This document shows, piece after piece, positions 21,286-30,961 of a DNA stretch of 64,000 nt. Numbering within the stretch: position 1 is the first letter of the stretch; each line of letters opens with the position of its first letter. The notes beneath the pieces are model-generated. The model was not told the DNA's origin and searched no databases. It worked only from the letters and a program-made list of their open reading frames with translations. Both the position numbers and the translations under genes were made by a program. Origin of the DNA: an uncultured beta proteobacterium (GTDB lineage: Bacteria > Pseudomonadota > Gammaproteobacteria > Burkholderiales > Burkholderiaceae_C); assembly GCA_903938815.1 (NCBI GenBank), contig CAJAES010000027.1, positions 1,324 to 65,323 on the forward strand, given 5' to 3'.

Positions 21286-22593
21286 ATGGACGTCGCATTA
21301 CTGGTCTTTCTCATCTTCCTGAACGGCGCTTTCGCCATGGCGGAGATGGGGTTGACGGCATCGCGCAAGGCGCGACTCCAGGTGATGGTGGAAACAGGCG
21401 ATCGCGGCGCGAAGGCGGCGCTCGACCTGCACGAGGTTCCGACCCGCTGGCTGTCGACGGTGCAGATCGGCATCACGTCCATCGGCCTGCTGAACGGTAT
21501 CGTCGGCGAGGCGGCCTTTGCCGGCCCGCTGGGCGATTGGCTGGAAGCTACCTTCACCCTGGCCGAGCGCCCCGCCGACATCGCGGCCACCGCAGGCGTT
21601 GTGATCCTGATCACCTTCTGCACCATCGTCTTCGGCGAACTGGTGCCCAAGCGCATTGGGCAGATGCACCCGGAAGCCGTGGCACGGGTGGTCGCGCGGC
21701 CCATGAACCTGATTTCCACGGCCACCAAACCCTTCGTCTGGATGCTGTCCGCGTCCACGCAGGCGGTGCTGAAGCTCTTCGGGCTGGACGGCCGCGCCCC
21801 GGGTGCGAGCGTCACGGAAGAAGAGATAGCCGCGCAGCTGGAGGAAGGCCTGGACGCCGGCGTCATCGAGGCGCAGGAGCACCAGATGGTGCGCAACGTG
21901 TTCCGGCTCGACGACCGGCAGATCGGCTCGATGATGATTCCGCGCGCGGAACTGGTCTGGCTGGATGCCAACGAACCCATCGAGAAGGTGCTGGCCCAGA
22001 TGGTGGAGCACGGGCACTCGCGCTACCCGGTCTGCCGCGACGGCCTGGACGATGTCATCGGCGTCGTGGGCGCGAGCGACCTGCTGGCGCCGCTGTCGCG
22101 CGGCGAGCAGCCCTCGCTGACAGAGCTGTTGCGACCGCCCGTGTTCGTGCCTGAAACGCTCAACGGCATGGAGCTGGTGGATCACTTCCGCCGCAACGAC
22201 GTCGACTTCGTCTTCGTCGTCGACGAGTACGGCGCCGTCCAGGGCCTCATCAGCGAGCGCGACCTGCTCGAGGCGATCGCCGGCGAGCTGGGCGAATCCT
22301 CCGCCGAGGATTCCTGGGCTACGCAGCGCACGGACGGCAGCTGGCTGATGGACGGCCTCATTCCCGTGCCCGAGCTGAAGGACCGTCTGGACATCAAGGA
22401 ACTGCCCGAGGAAGACCGCGGGCGCTACAACACACTGGCCGGCATGATCATGCTGCTGCTCGGGCGCCTGCCTGCCATCACCGACGCGGTGGATTGGGGC
22501 GGCTGGCGCTTCGAGGTCGTCGACCTCGACGGCAAGCGGGTCGACAAGGTGCTGGCCAGCCGCATCGACGAACCCCCAATGGAGACGCCATGA
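21286..22593 (+). CDS. CNNM/TlyC-family membrane protein (DUF21 + CBS pair + CorC_HlyC)
   Basis: 435 aa. N-terminal DUF21 TM region (LIFLNGAFAMAEMGLTASRKARL), CBS pair and a C-terminal CorC/HlyC transporter-associated domain. Confidence 0.85.
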   Translation: MDVALLVFLIFLNGAFAMAEMGLTASRKARLQVMVETGDRGAKAALDLHEVPTRWLSTVQIGITSIGLLNGIVGEAAFAGPLGDWLEATFTLAERPADIAATAGVVILITFCTIVFGELVPKRIGQMHPEAVARVVARPMNLISTATKPFVWMLSASTQAVLKLFGLDGRAPGASVTEEEIAAQLEEGLDAGVIEAQEHQMVRNVFRLDDRQIGSMMIPRAELVWLDANEPIEKVLAQMVEHGHSRYPVCRDGLDDVIGVVGASDLLAPLSRGEQPSLTELLRPPVFVPETLNGMELVDHFRRNDVDFVFVVDEYGAVQGLISERDLLEAIAGELGESSAEDSWATQRTDGSWLMDGLIPVPELKDRLDIKELPEEDRGRYNTLAGMIMLLLGRLPAITDAVDWGGWRFEVVDLDGKRVDKVLASRIDEPPMETP

Positions 22594-23345
22594 TGACCCC
22601 GATACTGCACCGCCAGCCGGTGCCTCTCGACAAGGAAAAGCACCGCCAGACATCGGTGAGCTTTCCGTACGACGACTGGTCGCACCTGTCCGGCATGAAT
22701 GCGCTGTTCCTCACGGCTGCCGAATGCCTGAACGCCGCGGCCGACTACCCGGTGTTCTTCGTGAAGGCCGGGGAGGACGAGCAGGGCAACGTGGACTACG
22801 CCCCGATCGCTGTCCTGGGCCTCAGCCAGGGCGAGAACCTGTACCTGGAAGGCTCGCGCTGGCGCGGCACGCAGTTCCCGGCCCTGATGGCGACGTATCC
22901 GTTCTGCATCGCGCGCACGGCCAACGAGCAGCTGGCCGTCTGCATGGACGCGGCGGCTTCCAACGTCCACACCGATGGCCAGGGCCAGCGGCTGTTCGAC
23001 GATCTCGGCAACCTGACCGAGTTCACGACCAAGGTCCAGGGCGAGCTCGAGCGCCTGGAAGCCCAGATCGCCACCACACGCCAGGTCACGCGCCGCCTGG
23101 TGGCGCTCGACCTGCTGCGCGAGCGCCGCTTCGACGCCACCCTGCCCGACGGCCGCCAGATCAGCGTCGACGGCTTCTTCACTGTGGACGAGGAGCGCGT
23201 GCGCGCCTTGCCCGACGCAACCGTGCTGGAACTGCACCGTGACGGCGTGCTGACCATGATCGATGCCCACTGGGTGTCGATGGCACAGATGCGGCGCCTG
23301 CTGCAGTGGCGAATCGAGCGCGAGGCCGCCAAGACTACGGGTTAA
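22590..23345 (+). CDS. SapC family protein
   Basis: The ATG at 22590 overlaps the previous TGA (ATGATGA). The sequence YPVFFVKAGEDE...PIAVLGL...YLEGSRWRGTQFPALMATYPF matches the SapC family pattern. Confidence 0.75.
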   Translation: MMTPILHRQPVPLDKEKHRQTSVSFPYDDWSHLSGMNALFLTAAECLNAAADYPVFFVKAGEDEQGNVDYAPIAVLGLSQGENLYLEGSRWRGTQFPALMATYPFCIARTANEQLAVCMDAAASNVHTDGQGQRLFDDLGNLTEFTTKVQGELERLEAQIATTRQVTRRLVALDLLRERRFDATLPDGRQISVDGFFTVDEERVRALPDATVLELHRDGVLTMIDAHWVSMAQMRRLLQWRIEREAAKTTG

Positions 23346-23375
23346 CCCGAGATCGGGCGGCCGCGCCTGGCCAGT

Positions 23376-23403
23376 ATCCTGTCTGTATACATACGGACAG
23401 GAT
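23376..23403. promoter_or_regulatory. Candidate operator or 5' hairpin upstream of the oxygenase gene
   Basis: ATCCTGTC-tgtatacatacg-GACAGGAT has 8-bp perfect arms with an internal TGTATACA palindrome. It overlaps the AGGA SD and ends 8 nt before ATG 23412. Confidence 0.45.
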
Positions 23404-23411
23404 GCCAGCCC

Positions 23412-24503
23412 ATGACCACGCACCCGCTCAACGCCTGGTACGCCGCCGCCTACGACGTGGAGGTGGGCCGCGAACTGCGCTCCCGCATGGTGTGCAACCA
23501 GAAGATGGTGCTGTTCCGCAAGCTGGACGGCGCCCTGGCTGCACTCGAGGACGCCTGCTGGCACCGCCTGCTGCCGCTATCGATGGGGCGCCTGGAGGGT
23601 GACGAGCTGGTGTGCGGCTACCACGGATTGGTATACAACGCCCAGGGACAGTGCACGCACATGCCGTCGCAGGAGACGCTGAACCCGTCGGCTTGCGTGC
23701 GCTCCTATCCGGTGGCCGAGAAGCACCGCTTCATCTGGGTGTGGCCCGGAGACCCGCTGAAGGCCGATGTCTCGCTGATCCCCGACCTGCACTGGAACCA
23801 CGACCCGCTGTGGGCCGCCGACGGCAAGCTGATCGACGTCGCGTGCGACTACCGGCTGGTGCTCGACAACCTGATGGACCTGACGCACGAGACCTTCGTG
23901 CACGGTTCGTCGATCGGCAACCGCGAGGTCGCCGAGGCGCCGTTCGTCACCACCCACGGCGACCGGTTCGCCACCGTGACGCGCTGGATGGAGAACATCG
24001 AGCCGCCGCCGTTCTGGGCGAACCAGCTCTTCCAGGCGCGCGGCTACCGCGGCAAGGTCGACCGCTGGCAGATCATCCGCTTCGAGGCGCCATGCACCGT
24101 GACCATCGATGTCGGCGTGGCGCCGGCCGGCAGCGGCGCCGTGCCGCGCGGCGACAACCCCGGCGACCGCAGCCAGGGCGTGAACGGCTTCGTGCTGAAC
24201 ACCATCACGCCGGAGACCGACGGCACCTGCCACTACTTCTGGGCGTTCGCGCGCAATTACAGCCTGACGGAGCAGCGGCTGACGCACCAGCTGCGCGAAG
24301 GCGTTGCCTCGATCTTCCGCGAGGACGAGGCTGTGCTCGAAGCACAGCAGCAGGCCATCGACGCACGACCCGGCCACCGCTTCTACAACCTCAACATCGA
24401 CGCCGGCGCGATGTGGGCGCGCAAGCTGATCGACCGCATGGTGGCCGCCGAGACCCCGGACGACCCGGGCCGGCGCGTCATTCCGCTGCGGAGCGCGGCA
24501 TGA
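23412..24503 (+). CDS. Rieske [2Fe-2S] aromatic O-demethylase/oxygenase, VanA-like
   Basis: Rieske motif CWHRLLPLS...CGYHGLVY. Non-haem iron region NLMDLTHETFVH. The N-terminus NAWYAAAY is typical of the VanA/phthalate-family class IA oxygenases. Confidence 0.8.
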   Translation: MTTHPLNAWYAAAYDVEVGRELRSRMVCNQKMVLFRKLDGALAALEDACWHRLLPLSMGRLEGDELVCGYHGLVYNAQGQCTHMPSQETLNPSACVRSYPVAEKHRFIWVWPGDPLKADVSLIPDLHWNHDPLWAADGKLIDVACDYRLVLDNLMDLTHETFVHGSSIGNREVAEAPFVTTHGDRFATVTRWMENIEPPPFWANQLFQARGYRGKVDRWQIIRFEAPCTVTIDVGVAPAGSGAVPRGDNPGDRSQGVNGFVLNTITPETDGTCHYFWAFARNYSLTEQRLTHQLREGVASIFREDEAVLEAQQQAIDARPGHRFYNLNIDAGAMWARKLIDRMVAAETPDDPGRRVIPLRSAA

Positions 24504-25282
24504 TTTCCGAGGTCCGCAGGGCCGCCGACGGGGGCGGGGGCGGGGAGGGCGACGGCTCCGCCACGGTGAAGGCGCAGCTCCGCCTGCGCGCGCTCATCGT
24601 CAGCGGCGAGCTGCCGCCGGGCGAGCGGCTGGCCGAGCTGGTGCTCGTGGAGCGGCTGGGCGTGTCGCGCACACCCGTGCGCGCCGCCCTGCTCAAGCTG
24701 CAGGACGAAGGCCTGCTCGACCCCATTCCGGGCGGCGGTTTCGCCGTGCGGGCCTTCAGCGAATCCGACATCCGCGACGCCATCGAGGTGCGCGGCACGC
24801 TGGAAGGCCTGGCGGCTCGGCTCGCGGCCGAGCGCGGCGTGGCGGCTTCGCTGCTGTCCGAGGCCCGGCGTTGCCTGGACGCCATCGACGCCGTGCTGCA
24901 GGGCCCGGCCCTGGACGATGCCGCCTTCGGCATCTATGCCGAGGAGAACGCGCGCTTTCACACGCTGCTGGCCGACATGTCGGGCAGCCGGGTGGTTCAG
25001 CGCCAGATCGAGCGCGCCGCGGGCCAGCCCTTCGCTTCGCCAAACGGGTTCGTGATGGTGCTCAACGGCGGGCCTCAGGGGCGTGACAACCTCGTCATCG
25101 CCCAGCACCAGCACCGCGCCGTGCTGCAGGCGATAGAGCAGCGCGAGAGCGCCCGCGCCGAGACCCTGATGCGCGAGCACGCCCGCCTGGCGCATGGCAA
25201 CCTGGCGCAGGCCCTGGCCAGCCGCGAGAGCCTGGCGCGCGTGCCAGGCGGTGCGCTGATCCAGCGCTTCGGCACCCGTTGA
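24500..25282 (+). CDS. GntR-family transcriptional regulator (FadR/FCD subfamily)
   Basis: ATGA overlap with the oxygenase gene. wHTH LAELVLVERLGVSRTPVRAALLKLQDEGLL followed by an FCD-like helical domain. Confidence 0.85.
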   Translation: MISEVRRAADGGGGGEGDGSATVKAQLRLRALIVSGELPPGERLAELVLVERLGVSRTPVRAALLKLQDEGLLDPIPGGGFAVRAFSESDIRDAIEVRGTLEGLAARLAAERGVAASLLSEARRCLDAIDAVLQGPALDDAAFGIYAEENARFHTLLADMSGSRVVQRQIERAAGQPFASPNGFVMVLNGGPQGRDNLVIAQHQHRAVLQAIEQRESARAETLMREHARLAHGNLAQALASRESLARVPGGALIQRFGTR

Positions 25283-25295
25283 CGAGGACACCCGC

Positions 25296-26294
25296 ATGAA
25301 GATCGACGACCACTGGGCCGAGGCCCGGATCGAAGCCACCCGCGACCTGAGCGCGACGGTGCGCGAATTCACGCTGCGCCCGGTGGGCGTGAATGTCGCG
25401 CCGTGGACGGTGGGCAGCCACCTTCGCGTCACGCTGTCCGACGAAGGCCGCACGCTGCTGCGCTCGTATTCTCTGGTGGGGTTGCCGCAGGACAGCGCGC
25501 GAGAAGGCGTCTATCGCATCGCCGTCAAGCGCGTCGACCCGAGCCGCGGCGGCTCACGCTGCCTGTGGCGCCTGGGTTCGGGCGCCGTGATCCGCATCGC
25601 GGGGCCCGACAACCACTTCGAGCTGCCGCTGGGGGCGCCCTTCGCGCTGCTGATCGCCGGCGGCATCGGCATCACGCCGATGCTCGGCATGGCGCTGACG
25701 CTGGCGGCGCGCGGCACCCCGATGCGGATGCTCTACGCGGCCCGCAGCCCGGAAGAGCTGGTCTACGCCGACCGGCTGCGCGCCGCGCTGGGCGACCGCC
25801 TCGTCACCTTCTGCGACAGCGCCGGGGAGCGCATGGACCTGGCCGCCGAATTCGGCGCACTGCCACCCGAGGCGCAGGCGCTCGTGTGCGGCCCGGCGCC
25901 GCTGCTGCAGGGCGCGCAGGCCGCCTGGAAGGGTGCGGGCCGCGCGCCGGCCGGCCTGCGCTTCGAGACCTTCGGCTCCGGCGGCCTGCAAGGGGCCGAG
26001 CCGTTCTGGGTCCAGGTGTCTGGCCCGCGCGCGCAGCGCATCGAGGTGCCGGCCGATGCCTCCCTGCTGCAGACGCTGTCCGCGCATGGCGTGGACGTCA
26101 TGGCCGACTGCGAGCGCGGCGAGTGCGGCCTGTGCACGCTGGAGGTGCTGGAGCTGCACGGCGAGATCGACCACCGTGACGTGTTCCTGAGTGCCGCCGA
26201 GAAGTCCGAGAATCACCGCCTGTGCGCGTGCGTGTCGCGCGTCCGGGGCGGCGGGATCGTGGTCGACACCGGATACCGCGCTGACCCGACCTGA
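25296..26294 (+). CDS. PDR/VanB-family oxidoreductase (FMN/NAD-binding plus plant-type 2Fe-2S)
   Basis: GAGGA SD. RSYSL flavin motif, GGIGITPM NAD motif and C-terminal CERGECGLC...C ferredoxin cluster. Confidence 0.8.
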   Translation: MKIDDHWAEARIEATRDLSATVREFTLRPVGVNVAPWTVGSHLRVTLSDEGRTLLRSYSLVGLPQDSAREGVYRIAVKRVDPSRGGSRCLWRLGSGAVIRIAGPDNHFELPLGAPFALLIAGGIGITPMLGMALTLAARGTPMRMLYAARSPEELVYADRLRAALGDRLVTFCDSAGERMDLAAEFGALPPEAQALVCGPAPLLQGAQAAWKGAGRAPAGLRFETFGSGGLQGAEPFWVQVSGPRAQRIEVPADASLLQTLSAHGVDVMADCERGECGLCTLEVLELHGEIDHRDVFLSAAEKSENHRLCACVSRVRGGGIVVDTGYRADPT

Positions 26295-26432
26295 CCCCCT
26301 CCAGGCGCGGCGGGCCGAACCAGCCATGCCGTGCCGACATATCAGCTAGTCTCGAATACCCGGCTGCGAATGAGAAGGGCCCCGCTCGCAGCACCCACAA
26401 TCCAGCCCGCCTTGCCCACAGGAGACCCCACC

Positions 26433-27593
26433 ATGTTCAATCGTCGCCAACACCTCACCGCCATCGCGCTCGCCGTGCTGGGCACCGGCCTGGCCCAGGC
26501 CCAGGACACCGTGAAGATCGGCGTGATCCTGCCGATGACCGGGCAGCAGGCCTCCACCGGCCGCCAGATCGACGCCGCCATCAAGCTGTGGGTGGCCCAG
26601 AACGGCAAGAAGGTCGCGGGCAAGACCATCGAGGTCATCGTCAAGGACGACGGCAGCATCCCCGACGCCACGCGCCGCCTGGCGCAGGAACTGGTCGTGA
26701 ACGACAAGGTCGTGGCACTGGCCGGTTTCGGCATCACGCCCTCGGCCATGGCCACGGCGCCCATCGCCACGCAGAGCAAGACGCCCATGGTCGTGATGGC
26801 GGCCGCCACGTCCAGCATCACGGAAGCCTCGCCCTACATCGTCCGCACCAGCTTCACGCTGCCGCAGGCCGCCGTGGCGCTGGCCGAGTGGTCGAACAAG
26901 AACGGCATCAAGAAGGTCGTCTCGCTCGTGGCCGACTACGGCCCGGGCTTCGACGCCGAGAAGTTCTTCACCAACCAGGTGCTGCTCAACAGCGGGCAGG
27001 TGATGGACAAGCTGCGCACCCCGCTGCGCGCGCCCGATTTCGCGCCGGTGCTGCAGAAGGTCCGTGACCTGAAGCCCGATGCGCTGTTTGTCTTCCTGCC
27101 CTCGGGCCAGGGTGCTGCCTTCATGAAGCAGTTCGGCGAGCGCGGCCTCGACAAGGCCGGCATCCGCCTGATCGCCACCGGCGACGTGACCGACGACGAC
27201 CAGCTCAACGACATCGGCGACGTGGCGCTCGGCGTGGTCAACGCACACCACTACTCGGCAGCCCACCCGAGCGCGATGAACAAGAAATTCGTCGCCGATT
27301 TCCAGGCCGCCAACAAGTTCCGCCCCAACTTCATGGCGGTCAGCGGCTACGACGGCATGCGCGTGATCTACAAGGCTCTGGAGGCCAGCAAGGGCCAGGG
27401 CGGCGACGCCCTGCTCGCCGGCATGAAGGGCCAGATCTTCGAGAGCCCGCGCGGCATGGTCCTGATCGACGCGCAGACGCGCGACGTGGTGCACGACATG
27501 TACATCCGCAAGGTCGAGCGCAAGGACGGGCAGCTCTGGAACATCGAGTTCGACGCCGTCAAGGGCATGAAGGACCCGGGCAAGGCGAAGTAA
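26433..27593 (+). CDS. ABC transporter substrate-binding protein, LivK/branched-chain amino acid (type I PBP) family
   Basis: AGGAGA SD. Signal peptide MFNRRQHLTAIALAVLGTGLAQA, then DTVKIGVILPMTGQQASTG, typical of Leu/Ile/Val-BP-like proteins. Confidence 0.85.
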   Translation: MFNRRQHLTAIALAVLGTGLAQAQDTVKIGVILPMTGQQASTGRQIDAAIKLWVAQNGKKVAGKTIEVIVKDDGSIPDATRRLAQELVVNDKVVALAGFGITPSAMATAPIATQSKTPMVVMAAATSSITEASPYIVRTSFTLPQAAVALAEWSNKNGIKKVVSLVADYGPGFDAEKFFTNQVLLNSGQVMDKLRTPLRAPDFAPVLQKVRDLKPDALFVFLPSGQGAAFMKQFGERGLDKAGIRLIATGDVTDDDQLNDIGDVALGVVNAHHYSAAHPSAMNKKFVADFQAANKFRPNFMAVSGYDGMRVIYKALEASKGQGGDALLAGMKGQIFESPRGMVLIDAQTRDVVHDMYIRKVERKDGQLWNIEFDAVKGMKDPGKAK

Positions 27594-27605
27594 GAGGCAT
27601 CCGCC

Positions 27606-28481
27606 GTGCTCACGCTGCTGTTCGACGGCATCGCCTACGGCATGCTGCTGTTCGTGCTGTCGCTCGGGCTGGCCGTGACGATGGGGCTGATGAACTTCAT
27701 CAACCTCGCGCACGGCGCCTTCGCGATGGCCGGCGGCTACGTCCTGGTGATCCTGATGCAGTCGCATGGCTGGCCGTTCCTGGCCTGTCTGCCGGCGGCC
27801 TTCGTGATCACGGCATTGCTGGGCGCGCTGTTCGAGCGCACGCTGTACCGGCCCATGTACAGCAAGCCGCACCTGGACCAGGTGCTGTTCTCCATCGGCC
27901 TGACCTTCATGGCCGTCGCGACGGTGGACTATTTCGTCGGCTCGCAGCAGGTGAACGTTCAGACCCCCGAGTGGCTCAAGGGCCGCTGGGAATTCTTCAC
28001 CGGCACGCCGTTCGAGCTGGGCATGGGCCACTACCGGGTGTTCATCGTCGCGGTCTGCGTGGGCCTGGCCCTGGCGCTGCAGGCGGTGCTGGGCCGCACG
28101 CGCTTCGGCAGCCGGCTGCGCGCTGCGGTGGATGACCCGCGCGTCGCGGCCGGCCTGGGCATCCCGGTGGACCGGGTGTTCCTGCTCACGTTCGCCTTCG
28201 GTTCCGGGCTGGCGGGGCTGGGCGGTGCGCTGGGTGTGGACATCCTCGGCCTGGACCCGAGCTTCCCGTTCAAGTTCATGGTGTATTTCCTGATCGTCTG
28301 CGCGGTGGGCGGCACGAGTTCCATCACCGGCCCGCTGGTGGCGGCGCTCCTGCTGGGTATCGCTGATGTCTTCGGCAAGTACTACGTGCCCAAGCTCGGC
28401 GGCTTCGTCGTGTACCTGCTGATGATCGCCATCCTGCTGTGGCGCCCGCAGGGGCTGTTCACGCGCGAGGGGAAAGCTTGA
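27606..28481 (+). CDS. Branched-chain amino acid-type ABC permease (LivH-like)
   Basis: GTG start. 291 aa, multi-TM. Motifs LGLAVTMGLMNFINLAHGAF and GGTSSITGPLVAALLLG. Confidence 0.85.
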   Translation: MLTLLFDGIAYGMLLFVLSLGLAVTMGLMNFINLAHGAFAMAGGYVLVILMQSHGWPFLACLPAAFVITALLGALFERTLYRPMYSKPHLDQVLFSIGLTFMAVATVDYFVGSQQVNVQTPEWLKGRWEFFTGTPFELGMGHYRVFIVAVCVGLALALQAVLGRTRFGSRLRAAVDDPRVAAGLGIPVDRVFLLTFAFGSGLAGLGGALGVDILGLDPSFPFKFMVYFLIVCAVGGTSSITGPLVAALLLGIADVFGKYYVPKLGGFVVYLLMIAILLWRPQGLFTREGKA

Positions 28482-29455
28482 GCACCCCGAGCCTCGGCTC
28501 TCCTGACACCGCCGCCCGGCTGCGCGCACCGGCGCGCTGGCGCGCCTGGGAAGTGGTGCTGTGGGTCGCCATCTGGATCGTGCCCTTCGCGCTGCCCTCG
28601 CACGCGGCCCTGGTCAACGAGATCGCCATCGTCGCGCTGTTCGCGCTGTCGCTGGACCTGATCCTCGGCTACGCGGGCATCGTCTCGCTCGGGCACGCGG
28701 CCTTCTTCGGGGTTGGCGCCTACGGTGCTGCTCTTTTCGCCAAGCACGTGATGCCCGACCCGCTGGTGGGGCTGGCGGTGGGCACCGCCATCGGCGGCCT
28801 GCTGGGCATCCTCACCAGCCCGATGATCGTGCGCGGCACCGACCTCACGCGGCTGATGGTGACCATGGGCGTGGCCTTGGTGCTGCAGGAACTGGCCAAC
28901 CGCTTCGACAACATCACGGGCGGCGCCGACGGCCTGCAGGGCGTGGTCATGGGCCCCTTGCTGGGGCAGTTCGAGTTCGACCTCGCCGCGCGCACGGCCT
29001 CGTTCTATTCGCTGGCCGTGCTGTTCGTGGCTTTCCTGGTGGTGCGGCGCGTCGTGCACTCGCCGTTCGGGCTGTCGCTGCAGGCGCTGCGCGACAACCG
29101 CCTGCGCGTCAGTGCCATCGGCCTGTCCGTCGGCGGGCGGCTGGCAGCCGTGTACACGCTGGCGGGGGCCCTGGCCGGCGCCGCAGGCGCGCTGCGGGCC
29201 CAGACCACCGGCTTCGCATCGCTGGACGTGCTGGATTTCCATGTCAGCGCCGACGTGATGCTGGCGCTCGTGATCGGCGGCGCGGGCTGGCTGTGGGGCG
29301 GGCTGATCGGCGCGGTGGCCTTCAAGGTCATGCACGACCTGATCTCGTCCATCACGCCGCAGTACTGGACCTTCTGGATCGGGCTGTTCCTGGTGGTGCT
29401 GATGCTCGCCGGCCGCGAGAAGCTGCTGCGGCCCTGGACATGGTGGCGCCGATGA
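28478..29455 (+). CDS. Branched-chain amino acid-type ABC permease (LivM-like)
   Basis: In track ORF 28439..29455. Probable TTG start at 28478 overlapping the upstream TGA. Motif LDLILGYAGIVSLGHAAFFGVGAY. Confidence 0.8.
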   Translation: MSTPSLGSPDTAARLRAPARWRAWEVVLWVAIWIVPFALPSHAALVNEIAIVALFALSLDLILGYAGIVSLGHAAFFGVGAYGAALFAKHVMPDPLVGLAVGTAIGGLLGILTSPMIVRGTDLTRLMVTMGVALVLQELANRFDNITGGADGLQGVVMGPLLGQFEFDLAARTASFYSLAVLFVAFLVVRRVVHSPFGLSLQALRDNRLRVSAIGLSVGGRLAAVYTLAGALAGAAGALRAQTTGFASLDVLDFHVSADVMLALVIGGAGWLWGGLIGAVAFKVMHDLISSITPQYWTFWIGLFLVVLMLAGREKLLRPWTWWRR

Positions 29456-30213
29456 GCGATGTCGTGCTGCGCACCCACGGGCTGGTGAAGCGCTTCGGCG
29501 GCTTCGTCGCCACCGACAACGTGTCGCTGAACATCGAGCGCGGCGCGCGCCACGCGCTGATCGGCCCGAACGGCGCCGGCAAGACGACACTCGTGAACCT
29601 GCTCACGGGCACGCTGCCGGCCAGCGAAGGGCGGGTGGAACTGCTGGGCCAGGACATCTCCTCGCTCAGCGCCAACCAGCGTGTCGAACGGGGCCTCGTG
29701 CGCACCTTCCAGATCAACCAGCTGTTCCCGACGCTGACGCCGCTGCAGAGCCTGGCCATCGCCGTGGCCAGCCGGCATGATGCCGCGCGCCGCTGGTGGA
29801 TGCCCATGGGCCACGACACCGCCATCGCCGCCGAGGCCGAGGCGCTGCTGTCGCAGTTCCGCCTGCAGGAGCACGCCGACCGCCTCACCAAGGAGTTGCC
29901 GTACGGCAAGCGCAGGCTGCTGGAGATCGCACTCGCCGTGGCGCTGAAGCCGCGCGTGCTGCTGCTCGACGAGCCCGCCGCCGGCGTGCCGGCCGGCGAA
30001 CGCCAGGAGATCCTCGCCACCGTGGCGGCGCTGCCGTCCGATGTGTCGGTGCTGCTCATCGAGCACGACATGGACCTGGTCTTCAGCTTCGCCACGCGCA
30101 TCACGGTGCTGGTCAGTGGCGCAGTGCTCACCGAAGGCACGCCCGAAGCCATCGCGAACGACCCGCAGGTGCGGGCCGTCTACCTGGGCAGCACGGAGCT
30201 GGCCCATGGCTGA
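29452..30213 (+). CDS. ABC transporter ATP-binding protein (LivG-like)
   Basis: ATGA overlap. Walker A GPNGAGKTT, signature LPYGKRRLLEIA, Walker B LLLDEPAAG. Confidence 0.9.
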   Translation: MSDVVLRTHGLVKRFGGFVATDNVSLNIERGARHALIGPNGAGKTTLVNLLTGTLPASEGRVELLGQDISSLSANQRVERGLVRTFQINQLFPTLTPLQSLAIAVASRHDAARRWWMPMGHDTAIAAEAEALLSQFRLQEHADRLTKELPYGKRRLLEIALAVALKPRVLLLDEPAAGVPAGERQEILATVAALPSDVSVLLIEHDMDLVFSFATRITVLVSGAVLTEGTPEAIANDPQVRAVYLGSTELAHG

Positions 30214-30928
30214 GATGCTGCTCGAGGTTCAGGGCATCACCTGCGGCCACGGCGAGGCCGTGGTTCTGAGCGACGTGAGCTTTTCCCTCCCCGAGGGCCG
30301 CTCGCTGGCGCTGCTGGGCCGCAACGGCACCGGCAAGACCACGCTGATCGACACGCTGGTGGGCGTGACGCGCCTGCACGCCGGGCGCATCTCGCTGGAC
30401 GGGCGCGAGATCCAGTCGCTGCCCGTGCACCAGCGCGCCGGCGGCGCAGACTGGGCCGGCCTGGGCTGGGTGCCGCAGGAGCGCAACATCTTCCGCTCGC
30501 TCACGGTGGCGGAAAACCTCAGCGCCGTGGCGCGCAAGGGCCCCTGGACGGAGGCTCGCGTGTTCGACCTGTTTCCGCGCCTCGCCGAGCGACGCCGCAA
30601 TCTCGGCAGCCAGCTCTCGGGTGGCGAGCAGCAGATGCTGGCCTTCGCCCGCGCGCTGGTGCTGAACCCGCGCCTGCTTCTGCTCGACGAGCCGCTCGAG
30701 GGCCTGGCGCCCATCATCGTGGAAGAGCTGCTGCGCGCGATCCGCCGCGTCGCGCGCGAGGAAGGGCTGTCCTCCATCGTCGTGGAGCAGCACCCGCACA
30801 TGGTCCTGGGCGTCACCGACGACGCCATCGTTCTCGACCGTGGTGGAATCGCCTACCGCGCCGCCAGCGAAGCGCTGCTGGCCGACCCATCCCCGCTGGA
30901 CACCTGGCTTGGTGTCTCGGCCCGCTGA
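30206..30928 (+). CDS. ABC transporter ATP-binding protein (LivF-like)
   Basis: 8-nt overlap with the previous gene. Walker A GRNGTGKTT, signature LSGGEQQMLA, Walker B LLLDEPLEG. Confidence 0.9.
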   Translation: MAEMLLEVQGITCGHGEAVVLSDVSFSLPEGRSLALLGRNGTGKTTLIDTLVGVTRLHAGRISLDGREIQSLPVHQRAGGADWAGLGWVPQERNIFRSLTVAENLSAVARKGPWTEARVFDLFPRLAERRRNLGSQLSGGEQQMLAFARALVLNPRLLLLDEPLEGLAPIIVEELLRAIRRVAREEGLSSIVVEQHPHMVLGVTDDAIVLDRGGIAYRAASEALLADPSPLDTWLGVSAR

Positions 30929-30961
30929 ACCCCTGAACCGCAAGACCCGAGGAGACACGAC

